The notes under the pieces are model-generated. The model was not told the DNA's origin. It saw nothing but the letters and a program-made list of their open reading frames with translations, and ran no database searches. The translations under genes were made by a program, and so were the position numbers. From an uncultured Chloroflexia bacterium (GTDB lineage Bacteria; Chloroflexota; Limnocylindria; Limnocylindrales; CSP1-4), in the NCBI GenBank assembly GCA_963833225.1, contig CAWHXD010000007.1, positions 256,001 to 320,000 on the forward strand: a stretch of DNA of 64,000 bases, read 5' to 3'. Every line of letters begins with the position of its first letter. Position 1 is the stretch's first letter. Below, one piece after another: positions 42,432-52,857 of the stretch.

Positions 42432-43516
42432 CGTGTCGAGCTCCCGGCGGGTAGCGCGGCCAGCGCCTCGCGATTGGCTACGTTGCGCAAGGGCTCGCCG
42501 GAAGCGAGGCGTTCGATCTCGTGGACGGCCATCTCGCCGCCGTGGTGCAGGGTGTCGACCGTTGCGCCTCCGATGTGGGTGGTCACGACGACGTTCGGCT
42601 GCCCCAGCAACGGATGCCGACCGGTCGCGGGCGAGGGGCTGATGACGTCCAGCGCGACGCCGGCCAGGCGCCCGGACTCGAGGCCGGCGAGGACGGCCGA
42701 TTCGTCGATCAACTCATGACGGGAGGTATTGACGAGGTAGGCACCGGGCTTCATGGCCGCGATCTCGCGCGCTCCGATCATGCCGCGATTGTCGGCCGTC
42801 ACGCGGGCATGGAGCGACACGGAGTCGGCGGCCTCAAGGAGTGGCAGCAGGTCGGCCGGTTCGGCGCCACCTGCGCGTACGACGTCCGGTTCGACGAACG
42901 GGTCATAGGCCAGCACCCGCATCCCGAACGCTTGGGCACGACGGGTGACCCGGTGCCCGATCTGCCCGAAGCCGATGATGCCCAGCGTGTGGCCGGCGAG
43001 GTCGTGGCCGAACCAGCGCACGCCCTCGTAGTTGTCGTGTCCGAACTCGCCACCCTCGTCGACGTGGCGCATGACCTCGTGCAATCGACGCGCCAGCATC
43101 ACAAGGAATGCCATCGTGAGCTCCGCCACGGCGTCGGCATTCTTGCCAGGAGTCGTCACGACGGGGATCCCACGCTCGGTCGCGGCTGCGACATCGACGT
43201 TGACCGGCCCGCCCCGTACACAGCACACGAGCCGGAGCCTGGGGTTGGCGTCCATGACGGCGTCGGTCACTGGCGCTCCCTGCACGACGAGCACATCGTG
43301 ATCGCGCATTGACGCGATGACCTGCCTCGGCGTGCCCAGGTACTCGCGGATCCGCAGTTCCGAGGCCGATGAGGGGGTCCAGCCGGGGTCGTCGAGCACA
43401 TCGACAAACGACACCTCGTGCGGCGGGGACATCACCGTGAAGGCGTCGCGCATGGCCGCTGACGGGCAGTACGAATCACCTACGACGTGGATTTGGAGAG
43501 ACGTCGCAGGGCCCAT
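42428..43516 (-). CDS. D-isomer-specific 2-hydroxyacid dehydrogenase (SerA-like)
   Basis: RGGPVNVD, PGKNADAVAE, GIIGFGQIG, VNTSR, HIGGAT. Confidence 0.9.
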   Translation of the reverse strand: MGPATSLQIHVVGDSYCPSAAMRDAFTVMSPPHEVSFVDVLDDPGWTPSSASELRIREYLGTPRQVIASMRDHDVLVVQGAPVTDAVMDANPRLRLVCCVRGGPVNVDVAAATERGIPVVTTPGKNADAVAELTMAFLVMLARRLHEVMRHVDEGGEFGHDNYEGVRWFGHDLAGHTLGIIGFGQIGHRVTRRAQAFGMRVLAYDPFVEPDVVRAGGAEPADLLPLLEAADSVSLHARVTADNRGMIGAREIAAMKPGAYLVNTSRHELIDESAVLAGLESGRLAGVALDVISPSPATGRHPLLGQPNVVVTTHIGGATVDTLHHGGEMAVHEIERLASGEPLRNVANREALAALPAGSSTR

Positions 43517-43684
43517 AATGATCTCGGGAACCTCGTGCTATCTCGATCGACGCAGGGACCACCTGGCCGCTGGTCGCGGTCCGGTAATCATCAGCAAGAT
43601 TGTGCATCGCAAGTCAAGGCAGTGCGTCAATCGACGTTGGGGCCACCACGCAGGGAGACATCGTGCGTCGGCATAAGGCAATCC

Positions 43685-44656
43685 GTGAGCGTGACGGTCG
43701 AGACGAGGCCCAAGGACTACCTGACCGAGATCGCGACGCGGTACTACATGCGCGCCGACTCCCAGGTGGAGATCTCCCGTGACCTGGGGCTCGATCCATC
43801 GACGGTGTCGCGATACCTGAAGCGAGCACGAGACGAAGGTGTCGTTCACGTCGAGATCCGGCCACCGAGGCACGAGGAACTGGAGCTCGGCCGGAAGATC
43901 GCCGCGCGTTACGGCCTAGGCCGAGTCGTGGTCGCGCCCGATGAAACCGGTGATGGCGCCGGCGGGGGCGCTCTAGCGTGGACGGCGGCGCGCTTCATCG
44001 AGGATCTGCTTCGGAATGGCATGCGGCTCGGCGTCTCATGGGGCCGAACCCTTGCTGCCACCATCCACGAGTTGCGCGCCGGCACGGTGTCAGGACTTCG
44101 GGTGTCCCCGCTCGCGGGTGGCGTCGCCGACCCGACGCCCGGCATCCAGGGCCACGACCTCGTGCGACGAATGGCCGAGCTCTACCCTGAGTCGACGGTC
44201 AACTACTTGCACGCCCCCGCGATCGTCGGATCCGACGAGACGGTGGCGGCGCTGCTGGGTGATCGGACGATCCAGGCGGCTCTCGATGCGGCTCGGGAGA
44301 GCGAGCTCGCGCTCGTCGGGATCGGCCAGATGGACGAGCAGTCGACGCTGTTCCGAGGTGGGCATGTGGATCCGGAAGATTGGACCGTTCTGATCGCCGA
44401 GGGCGCGACCGGCAACATCAATACGTGCTTCTTCGATCGCGAGGGACGGCCAATCGAGACGCTCAGCGCTCGGACGATCGCCACTTCCCTCGAAGAGCTC
44501 CGGAGAATCCCGACCGTCGTTGCCGTGGCGGGTGGTCGCGGCAAGGTCGCCGCCATCGAGGGTGCGATCGCAACGGGCGCGATCGACATCCTGGTGACGA
44601 ATGAAGCGACGGCGAGGTCGTTTCTTGCGAGGTCGGGTCGCCGCGGACACGGCTGA
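43685..44656 (+). CDS. SorC/DeoR sugar-binding transcriptional regulator (LsrR-like)
   Basis: YY...SQVEISRDLGLDPSTVSRYL HTH; GVSWGRT; ALVGIG; AGG..K. Confidence 0.9.
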   Translation: MSVTVETRPKDYLTEIATRYYMRADSQVEISRDLGLDPSTVSRYLKRARDEGVVHVEIRPPRHEELELGRKIAARYGLGRVVVAPDETGDGAGGGALAWTAARFIEDLLRNGMRLGVSWGRTLAATIHELRAGTVSGLRVSPLAGGVADPTPGIQGHDLVRRMAELYPESTVNYLHAPAIVGSDETVAALLGDRTIQAALDAARESELALVGIGQMDEQSTLFRGGHVDPEDWTVLIAEGATGNINTCFFDREGRPIETLSARTIATSLEELRRIPTVVAVAGGRGKVAAIEGAIATGAIDILVTNEATARSFLARSGRRGHG

Positions 44657-45317
44657 CGTGAAGGGGCTGGTCCGGTTCGGAGGGTAGGGACGAGCTCGTC
44701 GGCGTGGTCGTGGCCGCGATGGCCTCGCGTGCCCGCTACCGCACGACCGCGTGGGATGCCGCCCCGAACAGCAACCCCCGGCGAGCCCCGCAATCTCTGG
44801 TCGGGACCCCCGATGAACCAGAGATGCGCTTCGACTCCGCAGGCGGCCAGTCAGGCCCGGATCGCTGTGGCGGGCCTATTGGATCGCTCCGTGGATGCAA
44901 GCGACATCGCGACGAGGAGCGGACCCTACCCAGTTGCTTCGTACAGGCGAGCGACATCACGACTGAGCCGGATGGCCCCGCGGCCGAGCCTGCTGTCGAC
45001 GACGACCGCGCCTTCCACTGCCACCGATGCCAGCTCGATCTGGGTGGCGCTGACGCTGGCGCAGAACCGTCCAGAGAGCGCCCGGCGGGCGGTCAGGTGC
45101 TCGCCTTTGCGCTATGGTCAGGACGTGGCGTGCGAGCGCGCGGTGGTGTGCGTCGGCCCTGTGCACCCGCCGTTCGCTCATCGGCCGTCGATGCGTCGAG
45201 GGGTGGCGCTGACACGGAGGCAGGGCGACGCTTCGATTGTTCAGGAATACTGGACGACTGGCGGAGGTGGCAGCGCCGCTCCCGCGTGGCGACCGTGATC
45301 CAGTTCGGAGGGAACAC

Positions 45318-46367
45318 ATGGGCGGTCCATCGGCGGATCTGCCGGTCGGGATGGCCGGCTTGCGGTACGGCATCAGCCAGGTCTCCCTGGCGGTACGCGA
45401 CCTCGATGCCACCATGGCCCGCTACCACCGTGCCTTCGGGTGGGCGCCGTGGCAGGTCTTCGATCACGTGCTGCCGGTGCACCACAACACGATGTTGCGG
45501 GGCGAGCCCGTCCACTACGCGCTGCGTGGCGCCGAGGTGTACGTCGGATCCCTCAACTTCGAGCTGCTCCAGCCGCTCGAGGGTCCGAACCTCTGGTCCG
45601 AGTTCATGGATCGCCGCGGCGAGGGCGTGGCCTCGATCGCGACCATGTTCGTCGAGCGCGAGGACGGCGACGCGGTCAAGGTCGCCTTCAAGGAGCAGTT
45701 CGGGATCGACGTCAACATGAAGGCCGATATCGGCGACCACATCGAGTACTACTACCTCGATACGGAGTCCCAGTTCGGTTGCCTCATCGAGTCGGGCAGC
45801 GGCCATGCCATCGATTTCGTGAAGCCTGCCCGGGCCTATCCGCAGCCGGGCGCCCAGCCCGGGCCGTCGCCGGTCAGCGGGATCACGTATCCAATTACCC
45901 AGGTGTCCGTCACCGTTCGCGACCTCGACACGAAGATGCGCAACTACCACAAGGCCTTTGGCTGGGGCCCGTGGAAGGTCTACGAGTCGGACGGCAAGCG
46001 GGTCATGCATCACTCCGAGTGGCATGGAAAGCCGGCGGAGTTCAAGGTCCGCTGGGCCGAGACGATGGTCGGTGACCTCAACTTCGAGCTCATCGAGCCG
46101 CTCGGCCCGGGCAACCCGTTCCACGAGTTCCTTGAGACCAAGGGTGAGGGGATCTCGTCGATCGCGGTCATGTTCGAGACCGCCGAGGAATCCGAGCGGG
46201 TGAAGGCGCAGTTCGCCGCCGACGGCATCGGGATCACCGCGCTGAGCCATATTGGCGATCACATCGAGTGGTACTTCCTGGACACGGAGCCGGGCCTCAA
46301 GGCCATCATCGAGTCGGGCAGCGGCCACGCGCACGACTTCGAGATGCCGTACACGACATACCCCTGA
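45318..46367 (+). CDS. Tandem-duplicated VOC (methylmalonyl-CoA epimerase-like) protein
   Basis: Two near-duplicate halves QVS..VRDLD...FGW.PW...NFEL..PL...EF....GEG; GGAGG RBS. Confidence 0.85.
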   Translation: MGGPSADLPVGMAGLRYGISQVSLAVRDLDATMARYHRAFGWAPWQVFDHVLPVHHNTMLRGEPVHYALRGAEVYVGSLNFELLQPLEGPNLWSEFMDRRGEGVASIATMFVEREDGDAVKVAFKEQFGIDVNMKADIGDHIEYYYLDTESQFGCLIESGSGHAIDFVKPARAYPQPGAQPGPSPVSGITYPITQVSVTVRDLDTKMRNYHKAFGWGPWKVYESDGKRVMHHSEWHGKPAEFKVRWAETMVGDLNFELIEPLGPGNPFHEFLETKGEGISSIAVMFETAEESERVKAQFAADGIGITALSHIGDHIEWYFLDTEPGLKAIIESGSGHAHDFEMPYTTYP

Positions 46368-46782
46368 GTTCGACGCTCAGCTGCCGACCACGGCTTCGAG
46401 TCGTACCTTCTCGAACGGAGCGAGCCACGGGTTGAGGCGGGCGCGGGCCGGGTCGATCGTTTCATCGCCTGCGCGAGGCCGCTCAGGCTCGCGCCTCCTG
46501 GGCGACCGCGCGTTCCGTCAACCGGCGGATCCTGGTCCGGGCCGGCCAGCATCCGATCTCAGTATCCGATCGTCGGGCAAGGCGGTTCGCGAGCAGCCCG
46601 ACCCGCGGTCCGCCTTGCCGACGATGATCCCGGCGATCAGCGGCAGTCGGGCAGACGCAGCTGACAGACGCCAAGCGCTCGTCGCGCCTATGGCGCGCAG
46701 GAACTCCACCAGCTCGCGACCACCACCGGGGGCTCGTTCCGCCCGCACCAAGCCGGGCAGCGCCCCGTGTGGTGGGTCACCG

Positions 46783-47566
46783 TCAGACGGATGACTGCCC
46801 GCCATCCACGACGAGCGCCGTCCCAATGCAGTAGGACGCCTCGTCCGACAGGAGCCACAGGATGGCGGCGGCAATCTCGTCAGCGTGCCCGGCGCGCCCG
46901 AGCGGGATCTGGTCGCTCCAGTATCCAAGCTGGGCCGGGTCGTTCATGACGAAGTCGTTGATCGGCGTATCGATGAATCCCGGGATGACCATGTTCACCC
47001 GGATGTTGTGGCGGGCGAAGTCGATCGCCATGACCTTCATCATCGCGAAGATGCCGCCCTTGCTCGCGCTGTAGGCGGGCTCGTTCGTCGCCATGCCGAG
47101 GTACCCGCAGTTGGACCCGAGATTCACGATCGCGCCGCCACCGGCCGTCTGGAGGTGCGGCAGCGCGTACTTGCAGGTCAGGAACTGGCCGTTGAGGTTG
47201 GTGGTGATGAGCCTGTTCCATGCGTCGAGCGAGATCCGGTCCAGCCGGTCGTCCTGTTCGGGCAGCTCGACGGCGGCGTTCGCGACGACGTAGTCGAGGC
47301 CGCCCAGCGATGAGGCCGCGGCATCGATCGCCGTGCGGATCTGGTCCTCGATCGAGCAGTCAGCCGCCAGCGGCCACGCAAGTGCCCCCGTCGGCTGTGA
47401 TCGCACTGGCGGCGTCATCGAGGCCCGGTTGTCCCCTGGCGATCAGAGCGACGCTCGCGCCCTCCGCGGCGAGGCGCTGCGCGGTTGCCTGCCCAATCCC
47501 CTTGCTGGCCCCGGTCACCAGCGCTCGCTTGCCGGCAAACCGGCCGGGGATCGGCTGGATCGTCAT
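46783..47566 (-). CDS. SDR family oxidoreductase (frameshift near 47390)
   Basis: TGASKGIG in ORF 47360-47566; YSASKGG, NMVIPGFIDTP, VVDGG in ORF 46783-47418. Confidence 0.88.
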
Positions 47567-47569
47567 GCG

Positions 47570-47935
47570 TCAGGCCTCCAGACGATCATGACAGGTCGCG
47601 GAAAACGGGTGCCCTGACGCATTCCGATCACCTCCGTTGGGCAGGATCGCGCGCCAGACTCGCTGGCGAGGGAAGCCTAGTCGTGGACGAGGAACAGCGT
47701 CAAGATATTGAGAGTTGACGCACGTTGTCGCGCCGCATGTGGATGGTGGGGAGGACGAGGTCGCGAGGGCCGGCTCGATATGGACCGTGGCCTCGTAGCA
47801 CGCGACGAACGGAGGTGCGGGATGGTGGCGTGGCGTGTCGGGATCGGCGAACTGCTCGAACCTTCCGTACGCCATCAGCGCGACCGTCTCCGAGATCGAG
47901 AGCGCCTCCTCCTGGTCGTGGCCGACGAGGAGGGC
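47570..47935 (-). pseudogene. Degenerate fragment of an ABC transporter ATPase (PotA/MalK-type)
   Basis: VGHDQEEALSISETVALMAYGRFEQ..P....P..PFVA resembles the H-loop region; no Walker A or signature motif. Confidence 0.6.
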
Positions 47936-47965
47936 TGACTCGCCCCTGCCTGCAGCGTCGGCCGG

Positions 47966-49147
47966 TCAGCGCGGCCGGGTGCCGCCGACGGGATAGTCGC
48001 GTGCGTCCAGCGCCCCGTCGTACATCGCCACGATGTTCTCCGGTCGCACGTCGGGCAGGAACTGGTGGGCGGGCGAGAAGATGAAGCCGCCGCCCGGTCC
48101 ATAGGCGTCGATCAGTTCGCGGGCGCCGTCGCGTATCTGGCCGACGGTCCCGAACGGCAGCAGGTCCTGGATATCGAATCCACCGAGGAAGGTTAGAGCG
48201 TCGCCGAAGTCCCGCTTGATCCGCTCCGGACCCATCATCGCGGCTTTGGGCTGGACCGGGTTGAGAACCTCGACCCCGATCTCGATGAAGTCGGGGATCA
48301 TCGCGTGCACGTTGCCGCACGAGTGCAGGACAACGCGCGCTTCGGGCGCGAGGCGCTTCGCCTCCGCGATCCAGCGCCGTTGGTAGGGCTTGCAGAATTC
48401 TCGGTACATCTCGGGACTCATGAAGGGTGCGGCCTGGGACCCAAGGTCCTCACCCATGAGGAGCAGGTCGACGTGGTCGGCGATGGGCGGGAGGAACGTC
48501 TCGAGGTAGCGAATGTCCACCTCGAGGAGGCGCTCGCAGAGGGCGTGATAGAAGCGCGGGTTGTCGTACATGTCCATCAGCCAGGTGTCGAACCCGCGCA
48601 GGAACTCGTAGAAGTGGAAGATCTGCATCGCCGAGCCCGGAATCGCGACCACGGGATAGCCAGCTGCCTGGAGGCGGCGCGCCTCTTCCGCCCGGCCCGC
48701 TGTGATGGCAGGGTCTCGCAAGAGCCGGTCGTCGGGCCAAAACGGATAGCGGTCCACGTCGGCAATGTCGATCGCACCCCGGAGCGGCGCGTCCTCGGCG
48801 AGCACGTCGTAGAAGGCGCCGGCCTTCGTCACCGGCACGCCGTACCAGGGGTCGCGGTACTTGCCCTCGCCGATGGGCTCCGGCTTGAGGCTCATCCCCG
48901 CGCAAACCCAGCGCAGGTCGGCCCCGAACCGGTCAAGGAGGCGCTGGTCAGCGTTCTCGACCGTGTTCGAGTCAGCGAAGATCCGGGGCTCCTCGTAGCT
49001 GGTGATCCCGAGGTGCGCGCAAAGGGCGCGATAGCCGTGTGGGGGCGCGTCGAAGATGCTCGAAAACACGGGGCAGCCGAAGGTGATCGGCACGCGATCG
49101 GGTTCGCGGTGGTCCATCGCCGTCAGAACGCGCTCTCGTGGGTTCAC
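47966..49147 (-). CDS. Uroporphyrinogen decarboxylase / MtaA-CmuA methyltransferase family protein
   Basis: PRERVL.AM.HREPDRVP, LRG, EDLGSQ, HSCG, LNPVQP, GGFDIQ, GGGFI.SP.H, PENI. Confidence 0.9.
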   Translation of the reverse strand: MNPRERVLTAMDHREPDRVPITFGCPVFSSIFDAPPHGYRALCAHLGITSYEEPRIFADSNTVENADQRLLDRFGADLRWVCAGMSLKPEPIGEGKYRDPWYGVPVTKAGAFYDVLAEDAPLRGAIDIADVDRYPFWPDDRLLRDPAITAGRAEEARRLQAAGYPVVAIPGSAMQIFHFYEFLRGFDTWLMDMYDNPRFYHALCERLLEVDIRYLETFLPPIADHVDLLLMGEDLGSQAAPFMSPEMYREFCKPYQRRWIAEAKRLAPEARVVLHSCGNVHAMIPDFIEIGVEVLNPVQPKAAMMGPERIKRDFGDALTFLGGFDIQDLLPFGTVGQIRDGARELIDAYGPGGGFIFSPAHQFLPDVRPENIVAMYDGALDARDYPVGGTRPR

Positions 49148-49307
49148 GACACCTCCTCCTCCCACCACACGCCCGGCCGGCGGTCCGCGCCGCCGACCGA
49201 ACGGCCAACCGGTTGCACCAGGATGGCGAACCGGGTTGCGAGAGGTCCGCGCCGCGATAGTTGCTTCGGCGGCAGCCGTGGTCGCACGCCCGCCCGCCTG
49301 GAGACTG

Positions 49308-49586
49308 CTAGAGCGACGGCAGCGTCTCCACAGGCTCGTCCGGTGAGTCGACGATGAACGCGATCGTCTCGCCCACCGGGATCGTGGCCCCGGGCACCGC
49401 CCCCCCTCGGATCCCCTTGAGGTAGCCGGAAGCGGGTGACGGCAGCTCGGCGACCGCCTTGTCTGTCTCGACTTCGATCAGCGGCTGGCCCTCGTCCACA
49501 TGGTCGCCCTCCGCAACGAGCCATGACTGGAGGACACCTTCCTCCATGAAATCCGTCATCTTGGCTATGAAGACTTCGACTGCCAT
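49308..49586 (-). CDS. Stand-alone lipoyl domain (92 aa)
   Basis: W.VAEGD.V.EGQPLIEVETDKAVAELPSP..G; GAGGAG RBS; stop right after domain. Confidence 0.85.
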   Translation of the reverse strand: MAVEVFIAKMTDFMEEGVLQSWLVAEGDHVDEGQPLIEVETDKAVAELPSPASGYLKGIRGGAVPGATIPVGETIAFIVDSPDEPVETLPSL

Positions 49587-49618
49587 CCGGCGCTCCTCGA
49601 TACCGACTGCTGCTCGTC

Positions 49619-50695
49619 CTAGCTGGCCATCACCTGGCGGATTGCGGCGACGACATCCTCGGTGTCCGGCCATACACCCTGCTCGAGGCTGTTCGCGAAC
49701 GGCACCGGCGAGTTCCGGCCGGCAACGCGGATGATCGGTGCCCGGAGCCTGTCGTGGGCGCGCTCGATCGCCACCATCGCCCACTCGTTGGCCGGTCCGT
49801 ACTGCCGGACTGCCTCGGCGACGACCACGACCCGGCCGGTCTTGCGTGCCGAGGCGCCAATCGTCTCCTCGTCCAGCGGCGCGATCGTCCGCACGTCGAC
49901 CACCTCGACATCGATGCCCTCGGGCTCGAGGACCTGCGCCGCCAGCATCGCGTGCCAGACCATGTATCCCGACGCAACCACGGTCACGTCAGCGCCAGAC
50001 CGCTTGATGTCACACTGGCTGAGCGGGACGACGTAGTCCTCGTCGGGGACCTGGCCACGGAACGCGTACAGCAGCTTGTGCTCGAGGAACACGACGGGGT
50101 TATCGTCGCGGATCGCCGCCTTCATCAGGCCCTTCGCGTCATACGGGGTCGAGGGCATCACGACCTTGAGTCCCGGGATATGCGCGAACCACACTTCGAG
50201 GCTCTGGGAGTGCTGGGCGGCCGTGCTCTTGCCGGCGCCACCGCCCTGGGGCATCCGCAGGACCCAGGGCACGCTGCACTGGCCGCCGGTCATGAACCGG
50301 ATCTTGGCCGCCTGGGTGGCGATCTGATCCATCGCGAGGCCGCTGAAGTCAACGAACATGATCTCGGCCACCGGGCGCATCCCGACCAGCGCCGCTCCGG
50401 TCGCGGTGCCGACGATCGTGTTCTCCGAGATCGGCGTGTTGCGGACCCGCTCCGGCCCGAACTGGTCGAACAGGGTGCGGGTGACGCCAAACGCGCCCCC
50501 GTGCTTGCCGATGTCCTCACCCAGCAGGAACACGCGCTCGTCGCGGATCATCTCCTCGCGGAGCGCCTCGCGGATGGCCTCCTGGTACGACATCTCGGTG
50601 GCCGGGACACCCTCGGGTACCTGGCGGATCAGAGTCGGCGACATCCTGGGGGTCGAGGACCCCAAGGACACCGCGTCGCGGGCAGCCGCCGTCAT
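49619..50695 (-). CDS. 2-oxoacid/acetoin dehydrogenase E1 beta subunit
   Basis: GEDIG..GG.FG, NTPISE, EIMFVDF, AAQHSQ, PGLKVV.P, EHKLLY. Confidence 0.93.
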   Translation of the reverse strand: MTAAARDAVSLGSSTPRMSPTLIRQVPEGVPATEMSYQEAIREALREEMIRDERVFLLGEDIGKHGGAFGVTRTLFDQFGPERVRNTPISENTIVGTATGAALVGMRPVAEIMFVDFSGLAMDQIATQAAKIRFMTGGQCSVPWVLRMPQGGGAGKSTAAQHSQSLEVWFAHIPGLKVVMPSTPYDAKGLMKAAIRDDNPVVFLEHKLLYAFRGQVPDEDYVVPLSQCDIKRSGADVTVVASGYMVWHAMLAAQVLEPEGIDVEVVDVRTIAPLDEETIGASARKTGRVVVVAEAVRQYGPANEWAMVAIERAHDRLRAPIIRVAGRNSPVPFANSLEQGVWPDTEDVVAAIRQVMAS

Positions 50696-50710
50696 CGATT
50701 GCTCCTCACG

Positions 50711-51686
50711 CTACGCGTAGATGTAGTCCATGGCGGTGGCCGGGTCGGGCTCATGGCCAGCCTTCGCGAACGCGATCGCCGCCTCGATCTCTGCCCGCAT
50801 CTCCGAGGTCGACGGCGTCGAGTTCGCTCGAGGCAAACCCGGCCTCCGACTCCAGGAGCCCGCGGAAGCGAACGATTGGATCTTTCGCCTTCCAGGTGTC
50901 GACCTCGGCACGCTCGCGGTAGACCTCCGGCTCCCCGGCGTAGTGGCCATCGAAGCGATAGCTCTCCGTGACGAGGAGGGTCGGTCCACCCCCTGCCCTT
51001 GCTCGATCGACCGCCTCACGAGCCGCTCGGTAGACGGCGAGCACGTCGAAGCCGTCCACGCGAACCCCCGGCATTCCGTATCCCGCCGCCCGTGTCGAGA
51101 GATCGGTCACGGCCGTGACGTCCTCGATGTTCGTCGACACGCCGTAATGGTTGTTCTCAAGGACAAACACCACGGGCAATCGCCAGACAGCCGCGAGGTT
51201 CATTCCCTCGTGCCAGTTGCCGGTGTTCGAGCCGGCATCGCCGGTGAACGGGACGGCAACGCGATCCTCGCCGCGCATCTTGAAGGCGAGCCCGGCCCCG
51301 ACCGCGAGGGGGATCCCCGATGCGACGACCGCCAGCGCGCCCAGGCTCCCCGTCTCGAACGCCGCGATATGCATTGACCCGCCACGTCCGCGGCAGTAGC
51401 CCGTCTCACGGCCCAGAAGCTCCGCCATCATCTTGGCCACGTCGGCGCCCTTGGCAATGTTGTGGCCGTGGCTCCGGTGCGTTCCGGCGATCAGGTCGTC
51501 GGCGCGAAGGGCCATGCAGACGCCAACACCTGACGCCTCCATGCCGATGTACGTGTGAACGGTGCCCTTGAGCTGGCCCCGCTTGAACAGGTTCGTCGCC
51601 GCCAACTCGAATTCGCGGATCCTCGTCATGCGACGGAACATCTCGAGAAGCAACCCGCGGTCTTCGTCCACAGTCCCATTCTCCAT
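50711..51686 (-). CDS. 2-oxoacid/acetoin dehydrogenase E1 alpha subunit (frameshift near 50805)
   Basis: H.YIG.EA, THRSHGH, GRGGSMH, GDAGSN..N TPP motif, YRFDGH; C-terminus ...AIAFAKAG..PDP..AMDYIYA*. Confidence 0.92.
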
Positions 51687-51800
51687 GCCTGAGCTCCGCT
51701 TCGGTCGGATGAGCTACGCGCCCGACAAACACGCGACGAGTCTGGATCGGCGTTCACGGCCCACGCGGGCCGGCTCGGCCATCGTAGCCCGCCCAGGATG

Positions 51801-51815
51801 AATTGGTATACCGGT
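51801..51815. promoter_or_regulatory. FadR/GntR-type operator AATTGGTATACCGGT
   Basis: One of four near-identical sites in the island. Confidence 0.7.
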
Positions 51816-51860
51816 CGTCCGGATGGCCGAGCGCGTCCAGGCGCGACGACCGGTTGCGAC

Positions 51861-52664
51861 CTAGACGAACGTAGCGATGGTGCGCCCGAGCTTCCCAAAC
51901 TCGGCGACGTAGGTCGAACCACGCGAGATCGGCAGGATGGGCGTGAGCGTGCCCGTCATGATGACCATGCCCGGCTCGAGGGCGCGACCCCGCCGCGACA
52001 ACATATCGGCGAGCCAGGCGACGGCCCGCGCCGGATGGCCAAGCGCATTCTCGCCACGGCCCTCGGCGATCGGCGTCCCGTCTTGCGAGAGAACGACCGG
52101 CTCGGCGAGGAGATCGACCTCCGCCAGGGGGATCCAGGCACCCGATAGCACGATCCGCGCCGAGAAGCCGTTGTCGGCGAAGAAGTCAGGGTAGGGACAC
52201 TTCCAATCCCTGATCCGCGCATCGCAGATCTCAAATGAGCCACAGACGGCGTCGGTCGCCGCCAGGACCTCGTCGACGGTGAGGCCCGGCCCTGCGAGCG
52301 GCTGACGGAGGCGGAAGCAGATCTCGGTCTCGATCTTCGGGGCGACGAGATCATCCATGGCCACGGTGACACCGCTCTCGAGCACCATCGTGTCGAGCAG
52401 GTAGCCATAGGTTGAGTCGGGGAGGCCCATCTTCTCGCGAACGGCGATGTTGGTGAAGCCGACCTTGTAGCCGGCAATTCGCTCGCCGCGAGCGACGCGC
52501 TGGCCGATGTTCGCCTCGCACACGTCGTTGGCCTGCCCGAGCATCAGGCCACCCGCGACGAGGTCCGACACAGGGCCGATGGCGGTCCGGGTCCGCTCGG
52601 CCTCGATGAGCGCCTCTCGCACGTGATTCAGCTCGTCGGCGAGAACGCGGGCGCCTTGTGTCAT
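51861..52664 (-). CDS. 2-keto-4-pentenoate hydratase (MhpD)-like FAH family protein
   Basis: GYKVGFT, PKIETEI, EICDAR, ADN, LGHP..AV.WLA, TGTL. Confidence 0.9.
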   Translation of the reverse strand: MTQGARVLADELNHVREALIEAERTRTAIGPVSDLVAGGLMLGQANDVCEANIGQRVARGERIAGYKVGFTNIAVREKMGLPDSTYGYLLDTMVLESGVTVAMDDLVAPKIETEICFRLRQPLAGPGLTVDEVLAATDAVCGSFEICDARIRDWKCPYPDFFADNGFSARIVLSGAWIPLAEVDLLAEPVVLSQDGTPIAEGRGENALGHPARAVAWLADMLSRRGRALEPGMVIMTGTLTPILPISRGSTYVAEFGKLGRTIATFV

Positions 52665-52779
52665 GTCAGTCACCGTGCCTTGCCTCCATCGCTCGTGATG
52701 TCGTCGGGTCACCCCATCCTGCCGCCCGCCCAGCAGCCCGCCGATCGGACGCCCACGGAGGTATGATATTCCATGGAGG

Positions 52780-52794
52780 ACCGGTCGACCAATT
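52780..52794. promoter_or_regulatory. FadR/GntR-type operator ACCGGTCGACCAATT between divergent genes
   Basis: Reverse complement of the 51801 site except the central 2 nt; TATGAT -10 at 52762. Confidence 0.7.
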
Positions 52795-52857
52795 GCCAGA
52801 GCATCTGAAGGTTGCCACCGTCGACCGCTCCGGGGCGGCCTCGCCCGAGGTGGACTT

